A stretch of 64,000 bases of DNA from Elusimicrobiota bacterium (GCA_043826435.1 JBDRQF010000037.1:60186-124185); one strand, 5' to 3'; positions 7,673-18,480 are shown, numbered from the stretch's first letter. Numbers and translations are program-made. Notes: generated by a model from the letters alone, not told the origin.

Positions 7673-10600
7673 ATGATAAACAAACTCATTGAGTGGTGTC
7701 TTAAAAACAGATTCGTAGTTCTGGTTTTTACGGGCGTGGTTATTGTGTGGGGTATTTATGCAATAAACCGTGTTCCGGTTGATGCTATCCCTGACATTGG
7801 CGAGAATCAGCAAATAATTTTTGTTGACTGGCCTGGCAGGGATGCTCAGACGATTGAAGACCAGATAACCTACCCGCTTACCACCCGGCTGTTCGGTATT
7901 CCCGGGGTCAAGACAGTCCGCGCCTCGTCCGCGTTCGGATTTTCAATGGTTTATGTAATATTTAATGACCGGGTTGATTTTTACTGGGGCAGGTCAAGGA
8001 TACTGGAAAAACTGCAGCAGGCGCAGCAGTTCCTGCCGCAGGGGGTTATCCCCGTGCTGGGGCCTGATGCCACGGGCCTCGGCCAGGTGTATTGGTATAC
8101 GGTTGAAGGCGAAGGATATTCCTTGCAGGAGTTAAGGTCGCTCCAGGACTGGTACATAAGGTATCAGCTGAATTCAGTTGAGGGGGTTTCAGAGGTCGCT
8201 TCCGTCGGCGGTTTCGTAAAACAATACCAGATAGACATTGACCCGAACAAACTTTTAATATACGGCGTCCAACTGGGCGAGGTGTTTAATGCCGTCAGAA
8301 ATTCAAACATTGACGTGGGCGCTAAGGTTGTTGAGAAAGGCGGGATGGAGTTCATAGTCCGCGGCGTTGGTTTTATCAAAAAGATAGAGGACATAGATAA
8401 CATTGTCGTAGGTTCTTATAAAGGCACACCCGTATATGTAAAAAATATCGCTACAGTTCAGTTGGGCCCTGAATTCAGGCGGGGCGTTCTGGACAAAGCA
8501 GGCAGGGAAGCCGTCGGCGGGGTTGTGATTGTCCGGTACAAAGAAAACCCGCTTGCAGTTATAATCCGCGTAAAGCAACGTATTAAAGAATTGGAATTAG
8601 GACTACCTCAAGGAGTAAAAATTGTTCCTTTCTATGACAGGACGGAACTCATTAAAAATACGATAAACACTTTAAGGGATACGTTGATTTTAGAAATCAT
8701 CATTACTATCATTGTAGTGTTTTTCTTTTTGCGACATTTTATGTCAAATTTGATTGTTTCTTTCACTCTGCCGCTGGCAGTTCTTGTATCTTTCATCGTG
8801 ATGTATTATCTTAAAGTTGATTCAAACATAATGTCCCTTTCAGGCATTGCGATTGCCATCGGCACGCTTGTTGATATGGGAATAATCATAGTGGAAAATT
8901 CATACCGGCATCTTGTATTAGACGGTGGCAAAAGGCCGCGGCTTGAAGTAATCTTTGAGGCGGCGAAAGAAGTTGGTAGCGCGGTTATCACGGCGATTTT
9001 AACTACGGTCGTTTCATTCTTCCCCGTATTTGCTTTGGAATCACAGGAGGGAAAACTTTTCGGGCCGCTGGCATACACCAAGACATTTGCATTGCTCGCG
9101 TCTGTTTTTATCGCCCTGACGCTCACGCCGATTTTGTGTTATTATCTGCTTAAAGGCAGATTGCTGCCCGTTGAAGAAAATCCCGTCGGCAGGGTGCTGG
9201 TGAAATATTATGAAAAAATCCTGCGGTGGGTGCTGGCGAACAGAAAAAAATTCCTTTTAATTCCGGCAGCCGTATTGGCTGTTTCCCTGTTTATCGCAAC
9301 AAGGATTGGCAGGGAGTTTATGCCTCCCTTTGACGAGGGGACGATACTGTTTATGCCCGTTGTCTCGCCGTCGGTATCTTTAACAGAAGCGCAGAGGATA
9401 ATGCAAATCCAGAATAGAATTATCAAGGCATTCCCTGAAGTTGACTCGGTTGTCGGAAAATCAGGCAGGGCAGAGACGGCAACGGATCCCGCGCCGGTTG
9501 AAATGTTTGAGACGATTATAAATCTAAAACCAAAATCCAAATGGCGCAAAGGCGTCACAAAGGAAAAACTCATTCACGACATGGATGCCGCACTAAAATT
9601 TCCCGGCGTGGCAAACATATGGACTCAGCCGATTGTCAACCGCATTGACATGCTTGCAACCGGCATAAGGACGCCCGTCGGCGTGAAAATTTTCGGAAGC
9701 GACTTAAAAGAACTTGAACGGATTGCTGATGAAATAAAAAGGATCGTTCAGGGTGTTAAAGGCGCCGAGGACCTGTATGCTGAAAGGATTACCGGTAAAC
9801 CGTATTTGGAAATTATCCCTGATAGACAACAAATTGCAAGGTATAACTTAACAATGCGCGATGTCCAGGACGTGATAGAGATGGCTATCGGCGGCGAGAA
9901 TTTAACCACAACCGTTGAAGGCAGGGAAAGATACCCCGTCAGAGTCAGGTACCTTCGTGAACTGCGGGACAGCCCTGAGAAAATTCGCCGCGTGCTTGTC
10001 CCAACCCCGGCAGGCAATCAGGTTCCTTTGGGACAGGTAGCGGAAATCCGTCTTACAGAAGGCCCTGCAATGATAAGTTCGGAGAACGGCATGCTGCGGG
10101 CTTATGTCCTGATGAACGTCCGGGGCAGGGATATGGTCGGTTTCGTGGAGGAAGCGAGCAAAATTGTGGCGGAAAAAATAGCAGGGAAACTCCCGGCAGG
10201 ATATTCAATCCAGTGGTCGGGTCAGTTTGAAAATCAGGTCCGCGCCAAGAAAAAATTATCCGTTCTTGTACCGATAAGTTTGTTCATCAATTATATGATC
10301 ATCTTTATGTGTTTCAAGTCCCATCGCAAATCACTTACAATTTTTGCTGCTATACCTGTGTCATTATCTGGTGGAATTTTACTTCTTGCCATTTATGGAT
10401 ACAATTTCAGTGTTGCTGTCTGGGTTGGGTTTATTGCACTTTTTGGCATTGCTGTTGATGACGGGGTTCTCATCACAACATATCTTGACCAGGTATTTAC
10501 AGAAAGAAAACCAAAAACAAAACAAGAAGTTATAGAAGCAACGGTACATGCCGGCAAAGCAAGAATAAGACCTGCGTTTATGACATCCGTTACTACAATT

Positions 10601-10765
10601 TTGGCACTTCTGCCGATATTCATATTCGGCGGTACAGGAATAGAAATTATCAGACCAATGGCGATTCCATCTTTCGGCGGTATGACACTTGCTGCTATAA
10701 CTTGGTTTATAGTTCCGACAATATATTCCTGGTTTGAGGAAAGAAAAATAAATAAAGCGTCATAG
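7673..10765 (+). CDS. cusA: CusA/SilA Cu(I)/Ag(I) RND efflux pump
   Basis: PVDAIPD, LGPDATGLG, IAIAIGTLVD; Met triad GREFMP / PVEMFET / RIDMLATG. Confidence 0.96.
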   Translation: MINKLIEWCLKNRFVVLVFTGVVIVWGIYAINRVPVDAIPDIGENQQIIFVDWPGRDAQTIEDQITYPLTTRLFGIPGVKTVRASSAFGFSMVYVIFNDRVDFYWGRSRILEKLQQAQQFLPQGVIPVLGPDATGLGQVYWYTVEGEGYSLQELRSLQDWYIRYQLNSVEGVSEVASVGGFVKQYQIDIDPNKLLIYGVQLGEVFNAVRNSNIDVGAKVVEKGGMEFIVRGVGFIKKIEDIDNIVVGSYKGTPVYVKNIATVQLGPEFRRGVLDKAGREAVGGVVIVRYKENPLAVIIRVKQRIKELELGLPQGVKIVPFYDRTELIKNTINTLRDTLILEIIITIIVVFFFLRHFMSNLIVSFTLPLAVLVSFIVMYYLKVDSNIMSLSGIAIAIGTLVDMGIIIVENSYRHLVLDGGKRPRLEVIFEAAKEVGSAVITAILTTVVSFFPVFALESQEGKLFGPLAYTKTFALLASVFIALTLTPILCYYLLKGRLLPVEENPVGRVLVKYYEKILRWVLANRKKFLLIPAAVLAVSLFIATRIGREFMPPFDEGTILFMPVVSPSVSLTEAQRIMQIQNRIIKAFPEVDSVVGKSGRAETATDPAPVEMFETIINLKPKSKWRKGVTKEKLIHDMDAALKFPGVANIWTQPIVNRIDMLATGIRTPVGVKIFGSDLKELERIADEIKRIVQGVKGAEDLYAERITGKPYLEIIPDRQQIARYNLTMRDVQDVIEMAIGGENLTTTVEGRERYPVRVRYLRELRDSPEKIRRVLVPTPAGNQVPLGQVAEIRLTEGPAMISSENGMLRAYVLMNVRGRDMVGFVEEASKIVAEKIAGKLPAGYSIQWSGQFENQVRAKKKLSVLVPISLFINYMIIFMCFKSHRKSLTIFAAIPVSLSGGILLLAIYGYNFSVAVWVGFIALFGIAVDDGVLITTYLDQVFTERKPKTKQEVIEATVHAGKARIRPAFMTSVTTILALLPIFIFGGTGIEIIRPMAIPSFGGMTLAAITWFIVPTIYSWFEERKINKAS

Positions 10766-10862
10766 AAATTCATCGCTCGGAATAGCCCGGAATGACACAC
10801 GTTTAACTGAATAGTTACCTACGGGAATGTGAGTCACTCAATTAAGCGAACATCACAATGTA

Positions 10863-12134
10863 ATGGACACCCGGCAATTTATATCACTATTTATTTTTAT
10901 TTTATCATACATTTTGTTTGTATTTCTCACAAACAGACGGACACTTGTCGCTGTTGTAGGGTCGTTGCTGTTAGTTCTTACAGGTGCTGTCTCACTGGGT
11001 GATGCACTTGTTTCAATAAACTGGAATGTAATGGGAATATTTGTTGGCACACTTATGATGGCGGATGTTTTTGTAAATAGCCGCGTGCCGGCATATCTGG
11101 CAGAAATAATTGTAAGGCATTCAAAGAATACTGCCTGGGCAATACTTTTTATTTGTCTTTTAACAGGTTTTATATCTGCTTTTGTTGAAAATGTTGCAAC
11201 AGTGTTAATTATTGCTCCCGTGGCAATATCAATTTCCAGAAAGATTGGATTCAACCCTATAAAAATGATGATTGCAATTGCTGTTTCATCAAATCTTCAG
11301 GGTGCAGCCACACTTATTGGCGACTCTCCAAGTATGCTTCTTGCTGGTTTTGCAAAGATGAACTTCTGGGATTTTTTCTTTTATAAAGGTAAACCAGGTA
11401 TTTTTTTTGCAGTGGAAATAGGCGCTTTGGTTTCTTTTGTGGTTCTATATCTGATATTCAGAAAAAACAGAGAAAAAATATACTTGCCGGTTACTGAGGT
11501 GGTCAAATCCTGGATACCGACAGTTTTGCTTGCACTTTTGATAATTTTTCTTGCGATATCTTCATTTGTTGATATTAAATTTTCATATACTGCAGGCGTA
11601 ATATGTATGGTTTTTGGGATTGTTTCACTTTTGTGGGAGAAATTTGTAAACAAATCTTCAATTATTAAAAATATCAGATTACTTAACTGGGATACCTCTA
11701 TTTTTCTGGTGGGAATTTTTGTTCTTGTTGGAGCATTAACCCTGAATGGTTGGACGGATAAAATAGCGGTAATTTTATCGGGACTAGTTGGCAAGAATAT
11801 ATTTCTTGGCTATTTCTTGATTGTTTTCCTTTCTGTTTTGTTTTCGTGTTTTATTGACAATATTCCATTTTTAGCTGCGATGATTCCAGTGGCAATAAAA
11901 ATTTCGGCCACATTAAATATAGATCCTTCATTATATCTATTTGGTTTACTCATTGGCGCAAGTTTGGGGGGCAATATAACTCCGATAGGCGCTTCTGCAA
12001 ATATTGTGTGTTGTGGCATTTTGAAAAAAGCGGGTTACACTGTAAAGTTTGGTGACTTTGTAAAAATTGGTTTGCCATTTACTCTGACAGCTGTGTCTGC
12101 AGCATTTTTATTCGGCTGGATGGTATGGAGATAA
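10863..12134 (+). CDS. ArsB/NhaD (SLC13-like) permease
   Basis: SNLQGAATLIGDSP, IDNIPF, GGNITPIGASANIV; about 12 TM. Confidence 0.85.
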   Translation: MDTRQFISLFIFILSYILFVFLTNRRTLVAVVGSLLLVLTGAVSLGDALVSINWNVMGIFVGTLMMADVFVNSRVPAYLAEIIVRHSKNTAWAILFICLLTGFISAFVENVATVLIIAPVAISISRKIGFNPIKMMIAIAVSSNLQGAATLIGDSPSMLLAGFAKMNFWDFFFYKGKPGIFFAVEIGALVSFVVLYLIFRKNREKIYLPVTEVVKSWIPTVLLALLIIFLAISSFVDIKFSYTAGVICMVFGIVSLLWEKFVNKSSIIKNIRLLNWDTSIFLVGIFVLVGALTLNGWTDKIAVILSGLVGKNIFLGYFLIVFLSVLFSCFIDNIPFLAAMIPVAIKISATLNIDPSLYLFGLLIGASLGGNITPIGASANIVCCGILKKAGYTVKFGDFVKIGLPFTLTAVSAAFLFGWMVWR

Positions 12135-12137
12135 ACA

Positions 12138-13304
12138 ATGAGCGGAATAGATAAAACAGATCCCATCTGCGGAATGGAAGGCACAATTCAGGCACACGGA
12201 CACTATTTCTGCAGCGGGGCTTGTATAAAAAAATATGAGCAAAAAAATAATATCACGCAGGAGAAATGTCCAGGTTGCGTTGTTAAACAGAAGAAGTGGT
12301 ACAGGGAAAATTTATTTTTGGTAGTGTTAGGTCTGGCTTGCGTCCATGTAATCAATTTTGTTTTTTCGCTCTACGGGATAACAGTTCTTGATGGTTTGAT
12401 ATTTTCTTTTCACGATTATATAAAGAGAATCTGGCTGGCAGTCATTCTTGGATTATTCATAGGCGGCATTATAGATTATTTTATTCCAAGGGAATATATT
12501 ACAAAATATTTATCCCGGAATAAAAAGAGCACAGTGTTTTATTCTGTGGGATTTGGTTTCTTAATGTCTGTCTGTTCCCATGGCATACTGGCAATATCTA
12601 TTGAATTGTATAAAAAAGGTGCCTCCACCTCCTCTGTTATAGCGTTTTTGCTGGCTTCACCCTGGGCAAATTTTCCTGTGACAATTCTGTTGTTTAGTTT
12701 TTTTGGTATTAAAGCGTTATTTTTTATTATTTCTGCAATTGTTATTGCGATTATCACCGGTTTAATTTATCAGGTGCTGGAGAAAAAAGGCATGGTTGAA
12801 AGCAATAAAAATGTTTTTCAGCCCGAGCAGGATTTCTCAATTATTAAAGATATAAAAACAAGGATGAAGGGAACCAGAATTAATCCGGAAAGTTTAAAAA
12901 TCACACTTATGGGCATTATGAACGGTTCCTGGTCCCTTGCCAGAATGGTTTTATGGTGGATTTTAATTGGCATGTTTCTGGCATCAGCGACAGCAACTTA
13001 TATCCCGAAAGATTTTTTTATTCATTATATGGGCTCCGGTTTATCTGGTTTACTTGTGACACTGGCTCTGGCAACAGTCATAGAAATTTGTTCAGAGGGC
13101 TCAGCCCCGCTTGCTTTTGAAATCTTTCGCCAGACAGGTGCTTTTGGAAATTCGTTTGTATTTTTAATGGCAGGCGTATCAACCGACTATACAGAAATTG
13201 GTCTACTCTGGTCAAATATCGGCAGAAAAACAGCATTGTGGTTGCCTGTTATAACCGTCCCGCAGGTGCTTATCTTAGGGTATTTGTTTAATACACTTTT
13301 ATAG
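12138..13304 (+). CDS. ArsP/DUF318 permease with N-terminal YHS/TRASH domain
   Basis: TDPICGM...YFCSGAC; SVCSHG, FLLASP, EICSEG. Confidence 0.85.
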   Translation: MSGIDKTDPICGMEGTIQAHGHYFCSGACIKKYEQKNNITQEKCPGCVVKQKKWYRENLFLVVLGLACVHVINFVFSLYGITVLDGLIFSFHDYIKRIWLAVILGLFIGGIIDYFIPREYITKYLSRNKKSTVFYSVGFGFLMSVCSHGILAISIELYKKGASTSSVIAFLLASPWANFPVTILLFSFFGIKALFFIISAIVIAIITGLIYQVLEKKGMVESNKNVFQPEQDFSIIKDIKTRMKGTRINPESLKITLMGIMNGSWSLARMVLWWILIGMFLASATATYIPKDFFIHYMGSGLSGLLVTLALATVIEICSEGSAPLAFEIFRQTGAFGNSFVFLMAGVSTDYTEIGLLWSNIGRKTALWLPVITVPQVLILGYLFNTLL

Positions 13305-13309
13305 AAAAC

Positions 13310-13375
13310 TGTCATTGCGAGCCCGAAGAGCGTGGCAATCAGGGTGTCATTGCGAGCCCGAAGGGCGTGGCAATC
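13310..13375. repeat. Two tandem 31-bp REP-like hairpins
   Basis: TGTCATTGCGAGCCCGAAG(A/G)GCGTGGCAATC at 13310-13340 and 13345-13375. Confidence 0.85.
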
Positions 13376-13454
13376 TCACGCTATTTGTTTAATATCCTGT
13401 TCTGATTCTGACCAAAATCCAATTCTTATTTTGCATGGGAGATTTATTTAAGAG

Positions 13455-14861
13455 ATGCGTAATAAAGGGAAGGTTTATCTGGTAGGCGCAGGGCCCGGCG
13501 GGCATGACTTAATTACCGTCCGGGGTATGAGGATTTTAGAACAGGCGGATGTTGTTGTATATGACTACCTTGCAGATAAATCAATTTTGAAATACGCAAA
13601 ACCCGGAACGGAACTAATCTGCGCCGATGAATTATCTCCAGAAAAACACAGCGATAGTTTTATCAAAAAACAAAAATTAATAAATGAAATACTTGTAAAA
13701 AAAGCAAGACAGGGGAAGAAAATAGTCCGGTTAAAAAACGGAGACCCGTTCATCTTCGGAAGAGCCACGGAAGAACTTAACGTATTGGTTAAAAACAACA
13801 TGGACTTTGCCGTTATCCCCGGAGTTACCTCGGCAAGTGCCGCCGCTTGTTTCAGCGGCATCCCTCTTACAAGCAGAGATTGTTCTTCAAGCGTAGTGTT
13901 TGTTACAGGACATGAAGCCGTAGATAAAAAAGGGAATTGTATTGACTGGGGGAAAATTGCGTTGATGGACACCGTTGTTTTATACATGGCGATGGAAAAT
14001 TTATCTCAGATTGCCGGGAAACTGATTGCCTCAGGGAAATCCCCCAATACCCCCGCAGCAGTAGTTTCCAATGTAACAAAAATCAACCAGAAACTTGTCG
14101 CCGGTACATTAAAAAACATAAAGGATAAAATTAAAATACAAAACATTTCAGCGCCGGCAATTGTAATTATCGGGGAAGTTGTTAAGAGGGAAAAACATTT
14201 TAACTGGTTTAGAAAAGCAAAAAAAATCATTTTTACGGGGCTCTCCCCTGAAAGATTCTTTGAAAAGGGATTAATGTTTCATATTCCTGCGATTGAGATT
14301 AAACCGTCGGAGGATTACGGCGAACTTGATAACCGGATTAAGAAAATAGAAATGATTGATTGGGTAATATTCACAAGCAGGTTTGGGGTATATTACTTTT
14401 TTGAACGGTTGTATAAATCGGGATACGATGTGCGGGCGTTGTCTGGCATAAACATTGCCGCGATCGGTTCTTCCACTGCGAACAAATTGAAAGAATACGG
14501 CATTGCGGCGGATATGACCCCGGAAGAAGAATGTTCTGCCGGGCTTCTTTCAGAGTTTAAAAAGATAAACATTAAAGGCAGGAAGATTCTTTTGCCACGT
14601 TCCGATATCGCCGATAAGGGCTTAACGGACGGTTTAAGAAAACTCGGCGCCGAGGTTTTTCCCTGCGTTGCATACAGGAACGTTATGCCGGAAAATCTCC
14701 CTGATATGAATTTTGATTTTTTTGATGAGATAATATTCAGCAGTCCCTCTACGGTAAGAAATTTCATAAAAAGATACGGCATGCCGCCGGAGAGAATAAA
14801 AATCAGGGCCATAGGGCCGGTAACCAAAAAGGAAGCAGGGAAATACGGTATGAACGTATGA
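13455..14861 (+). CDS. cobA: Uroporphyrinogen-III C-methyltransferase / synthase fusion (CobA-HemD)
   Basis: VYLVGAGPG, RLKNGDPFIFGR, PGVTSA; HemD part WVIFTS, FSSPSTV, AIGPVT. Confidence 0.92.
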   Translation: MRNKGKVYLVGAGPGGHDLITVRGMRILEQADVVVYDYLADKSILKYAKPGTELICADELSPEKHSDSFIKKQKLINEILVKKARQGKKIVRLKNGDPFIFGRATEELNVLVKNNMDFAVIPGVTSASAAACFSGIPLTSRDCSSSVVFVTGHEAVDKKGNCIDWGKIALMDTVVLYMAMENLSQIAGKLIASGKSPNTPAAVVSNVTKINQKLVAGTLKNIKDKIKIQNISAPAIVIIGEVVKREKHFNWFRKAKKIIFTGLSPERFFEKGLMFHIPAIEIKPSEDYGELDNRIKKIEMIDWVIFTSRFGVYYFFERLYKSGYDVRALSGINIAAIGSSTANKLKEYGIAADMTPEEECSAGLLSEFKKINIKGRKILLPRSDIADKGLTDGLRKLGAEVFPCVAYRNVMPENLPDMNFDFFDEIIFSSPSTVRNFIKRYGMPPERIKIRAIGPVTKKEAGKYGMNV

Positions 14862-15865
14862 AAATTTTAAAATTCAGATTAAGACGGCTTAGAAGAAATG
14901 AAAATTTAAGAAAGTTATTTGCCGAAACAGACCTTTCTGTTTCCGACCTCATTATGCCGTATTTTGTCGTTGAGGGGGGGAATATTAGGCAGCCGATAAA
15001 ATCAATGCCAGGTGTTTTCAGGTTTTCGGCTGATAATCTTGTAAAAGAGGTTACGGAGATACATAATCTCGGTATTCCTGCTGTTTTGCTTTTCGGCGTC
15101 CCCGCCAAAAAGGATGAAACCGGAAGCCGGGCGTACGACAAAAGCGGTATTGTCCAGAAAGCGATCAGGGCAATTAAAAGAGAGATTCCGGATATGATTG
15201 TTGTAACGGACGTCTGCCTGTGTAGTTGGACGTCGCACGGGCACTGCGGGGTACTTCCTTTTCAAACCCGGATGCGGAATGGGAATAAAAAGAGTATATC
15301 CGTTGACAATGACGGGACTTTAAAGATATTAGCAAGAATTGCCCTGTCTCATGCGGAATCAGGCGCGGATATTATAGCGCCGTCAGCAATGATGGACGGC
15401 CAGGTAAGTGAAATAAGGAATGCCCTTGACAAGAATGGATTCAAAGATGTTGCCATTATGTCATATTCGGCAAAATATGCCTCGTGTTTTTATGGGCCAT
15501 TCAGGGAGGCATCCTGCTCAACCCCGCAGTCCGGTGACAGAAAAGGGTATCAAATGGATTGTCGTAATTTAAAAGAAGCAATAAGGGAAGTTGAACAGGA
15601 TATAAAAGAAGGGGCCGACATTGTTATGGTTAAACCCGCATTATCATATTTGGACGTAATCCATGCGGTAAAAGAAAAGTTTAACATACCGCTTGCGGCA
15701 TACAATGTCAGCGGGGAGTATTCAATGGTAAAGGCAGCGGCAGAAAAAGGGTGGCTGGATGAAAGGAACACAGCGATTGAAATATTAACTTCAATAAAAA
15801 GAGCGGGGGCGGATGTGATAATAACTTACTGGGCGAGGGAAGTAGCAAAATGGGCAGACCGTTAA
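14858..15865 (+). CDS. hemB: Porphobilinogen synthase
   Basis: DVCLCSWTSHGHCG, SAKYAS.FYGPFR, MVKPALSYLD, YNVSGEY. Confidence 0.97.
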   Translation: MKILKFRLRRLRRNENLRKLFAETDLSVSDLIMPYFVVEGGNIRQPIKSMPGVFRFSADNLVKEVTEIHNLGIPAVLLFGVPAKKDETGSRAYDKSGIVQKAIRAIKREIPDMIVVTDVCLCSWTSHGHCGVLPFQTRMRNGNKKSISVDNDGTLKILARIALSHAESGADIIAPSAMMDGQVSEIRNALDKNGFKDVAIMSYSAKYASCFYGPFREASCSTPQSGDRKGYQMDCRNLKEAIREVEQDIKEGADIVMVKPALSYLDVIHAVKEKFNIPLAAYNVSGEYSMVKAAAEKGWLDERNTAIEILTSIKRAGADVIITYWAREVAKWADR

Positions 15866-17160
15866 ATCTTAAACGTTCAACGACAAACGAAGAATTATTC
15901 CGCCGCGCAAAACGCTTTATTCCGGGCGGAGTAAATTCTCCGGTGAGGGCATTTAAGGCGGTCGGCGGGGTCCCTTTATTTATCAAAGAAGGCAAGGGCT
16001 CAAAAATTTATGATGTGACGGGAAGGGGCTACACTGACTACTGTATGTCGTGGGGAGCGATTATATTAGGGCATGCTCAACCGGAAGTAATCAAAGAAGT
16101 TAAAAAGGTTCTTGAAAAAGGAACAAGTTTCGGAGCGCCGATCGAATTGGAAATAAAATTTTCTGAAATGATCTGCAAGGCATTCCCTTCAATTGAAATG
16201 ATACGCCTGGTGAACTCAGGCACAGAGGCCTGCATGAGCGCAATACGGTTGGCGCGGGGATGGACGGGGAGAAAAAGGATTGTTAAATTTGCAGGATGTT
16301 ATCACGGACATGCGGATTATTTACTGGTTCGGGCCGGCTCAGGCGGAATGACATTCGGTGTTTCCGACAGCGCAGGGGTAATAAAGGATATTGCAAGGCA
16401 TACACTCGTATTACCCTATAATAATTTAGAGGCGGTAGAAAAAACAATAAAAAAAGTCCATAAGGATATTGCCTGTATTATCGTTGAACCTGTCCCGGCA
16501 AATATGGGAGTGGTGTTGCCTGAACCGGGATTCCTCGGCGGTTTGCGTGAAATGTGCGATTATTACGGCGTACTTCTTATATTTGACGAAGTAATCACCG
16601 GGTTCAGGGTTTCATACGGCGGCGTCCAGAAACTATACGGTGTCCAGCCCGATTTAACCTGTCTGGGGAAAATTATAGGCGGAGGGCTGCCGATGGGAGC
16701 GTTCGGCGGGAAGAAGAAAATTATGAAATTTCTCGCTCCGTCGGGACCAGTATATCAGGCCGGCACTTTATCGGGCAATCCGGTCAGCGTGTCTGCAGGG
16801 CTTGAAACCTTAAATATCCTCCGCAGGAATAAAAATATGTATAATTCACTTGAAGAAAATACCGGGTTGCTTTGTGAAGGAATTAAAGACAATATAAAAA
16901 GGTTAAAAGTGAACGCCCTCATAAACCAAATAGGTTCAATGTTTACCGTCTTCTTTACAGACAGGGGAGTGTCCGACTATTTAACGGCTTTATATTCCAA
17001 CAGGAAACGATATGCCGGGTTTTTTCATGGGATGCTGAAAAAAGGTGTATATTTTCCTCCCTCACAGTTTGAAAGTTGTTTTGTTTCGTCCGCTCATACG
17101 GTGGGGGATATTAAAAAGACAATAGAAGCAACATATGAGGCGTTCAGGGGAATAAAATAG
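15850..17160 (+). CDS. hemL: Glutamate-1-semialdehyde 2,1-aminomutase
   Basis: IPGGVNSPVRAF, NSGTEA, GKIIGGGLP, YQAGTLSGNP. Confidence 0.97.
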   Translation: MGRPLNLKRSTTNEELFRRAKRFIPGGVNSPVRAFKAVGGVPLFIKEGKGSKIYDVTGRGYTDYCMSWGAIILGHAQPEVIKEVKKVLEKGTSFGAPIELEIKFSEMICKAFPSIEMIRLVNSGTEACMSAIRLARGWTGRKRIVKFAGCYHGHADYLLVRAGSGGMTFGVSDSAGVIKDIARHTLVLPYNNLEAVEKTIKKVHKDIACIIVEPVPANMGVVLPEPGFLGGLREMCDYYGVLLIFDEVITGFRVSYGGVQKLYGVQPDLTCLGKIIGGGLPMGAFGGKKKIMKFLAPSGPVYQAGTLSGNPVSVSAGLETLNILRRNKNMYNSLEENTGLLCEGIKDNIKRLKVNALINQIGSMFTVFFTDRGVSDYLTALYSNRKRYAGFFHGMLKKGVYFPPSQFESCFVSSAHTVGDIKKTIEATYEAFRGIK

Positions 17161-17491
17161 ATATACGCCCCGGCCGGAACCTGAATGCTAATACGCCGGG
17201 TGATAGTCACTTATTTACATTTGTTTTGTAAGATATAGATGTACCACGCAAACCACGGAATGAATTCAAAGAATTAAGACGCAAAAGTTCTTCCAGAGTT
17301 GAATCACTAAAAGTAAAAAAGCAAAGGCTGACACCATATGGGAAATTTCGCAGAATCTTCACATAAAATGCACAACTTTATGCTATAATATATAGTAGGG
17401 TGGTATAGCGTAAAAAGATTATGTGATGCGAAAAATGACGGATGATACGAGATTGGGAGATTTGGAGCTATGAGATTAGGGGATTGGGGAA

Positions 17492-17881
17492 ATGAGCAAA
17501 AAGCAGAATAGTTTTTCTCTTGTTAAATTTGAGGATGTGGCAAATAAGATTATTGAGATTAGAGGGGAGAAAGTCATTCTTGATAGTGATGTTGCAGAAC
17601 TCTACGGTGTAGAAACAAGGGAAATAAATCAAGCGTTATCCAATAATCCAGATAAATTCCCATGGGGTTATGTTTTTGAACTTACAAAAGAAGAGAAAAA
17701 AGAGGTAATCAAAAATTTTGATTACCTTGCGAATCTTAAATTTTCCCCACATTTACCAAAGGCGTTTACCGAAAAAGGAATGTATATGCTTGCGACAATT
17801 TTGAAATCTCCCAGGGCAACTCAAACAACAATGCATGTCTTTTTCCAAGAACTTTCTATCCATTCTTCAATATTCTTATAA
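17492..17881 (+). CDS. ORF6N-domain DNA-binding protein, probably 3'-truncated
   Basis: IRGEKVILDSDVAELYGVETREINQA...FTEKGMYMLATILKS; family-like sequence appears to stop after RATQTT. Confidence 0.75.
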   Translation: MSKKQNSFSLVKFEDVANKIIEIRGEKVILDSDVAELYGVETREINQALSNNPDKFPWGYVFELTKEEKKEVIKNFDYLANLKFSPHLPKAFTEKGMYMLATILKSPRATQTTMHVFFQELSIHSSIFL

Positions 17882-18083
17882 TTAATATCCATTTTATTTA
17901 TACTGTTGAGATAATTCTTATGATGTAAACACCTTTTTTGCAGAAATTTCAAGGTTTCTTGAAGGAAAGGGTGGATGTTTAGGAATACTCATAATTAAAA
18001 TATTCTGTAAGATTACAATTCTCTTTTGCCACTCAAAATCAAAAGTCCGCAAAGATCTTGACATAACTCGGGTGCCGAGTGTC

Positions 18084-18112
18084 TTGACATAAGATTTATA
18101 ATTTAGTATAAT
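18084..18112 (+). promoter_or_regulatory. Sigma-70 promoter of the ferredoxin-por operon
   Basis: TTGACA-17 nt-TATAAT, perfect consensus. Confidence 0.85.
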
Positions 18113-18256
18113 TATTCAACCGCTTAATAATATACGGTACCGGCGAAAACCCAAGAGTTATTGGACGCGATGTGAGTCATACAGGCCATAAGGGGTATTT
18201 TTGTCGCCGGTAGTAATAAAACCTAGACCTTAAGTAATTCAGGAGGATTTTTAATT

Positions 18257-18442
18257 ATGAAGGTAACAGTTGACAAAGATTTGTGTACCGGATGCGGCCT
18301 GTGTATAGACACCTGTCCCGAGGTTTTTGAACTCCAGGGAGACGTTGCTATCGCAAAGGCCGAAACAGTCCCCGCCGGGCAGGAGTCAAAAGTAAAGGAA
18401 TCAGCGGAAAATTGTCCCGTTGAGGCGATAAAAACAGAATAA
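18257..18442 (+). CDS. Single-cluster ferredoxin
   Basis: CTGCGLC...CP...CPVEAI; RBS AGGAGG. Confidence 0.92.
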   Translation: MKVTVDKDLCTGCGLCIDTCPEVFELQGDVAIAKAETVPAGQESKVKESAENCPVEAIKTE

Positions 18443-18480
18443 ATTTTAAACGAAAGAATAAACGGAGCGGCCGTCAGGCA

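Noticed and set aside
13310..13375. 31-bp repeats as a CRISPR array
   Set aside because: Only two copies, 4 nt apart, no spacer-length sequence and no cas genes
17161..17185. Minus-strand sequence resembling a tRNA 3' end or att site
   Set aside because: T-loop incomplete, no cloverleaf, no CCA and no integrase nearby
18138..18212. Known riboswitch, SRP RNA or 6S RNA
   Set aside because: Lacks their conserved motifs and size; kept only as an unknown leader structure
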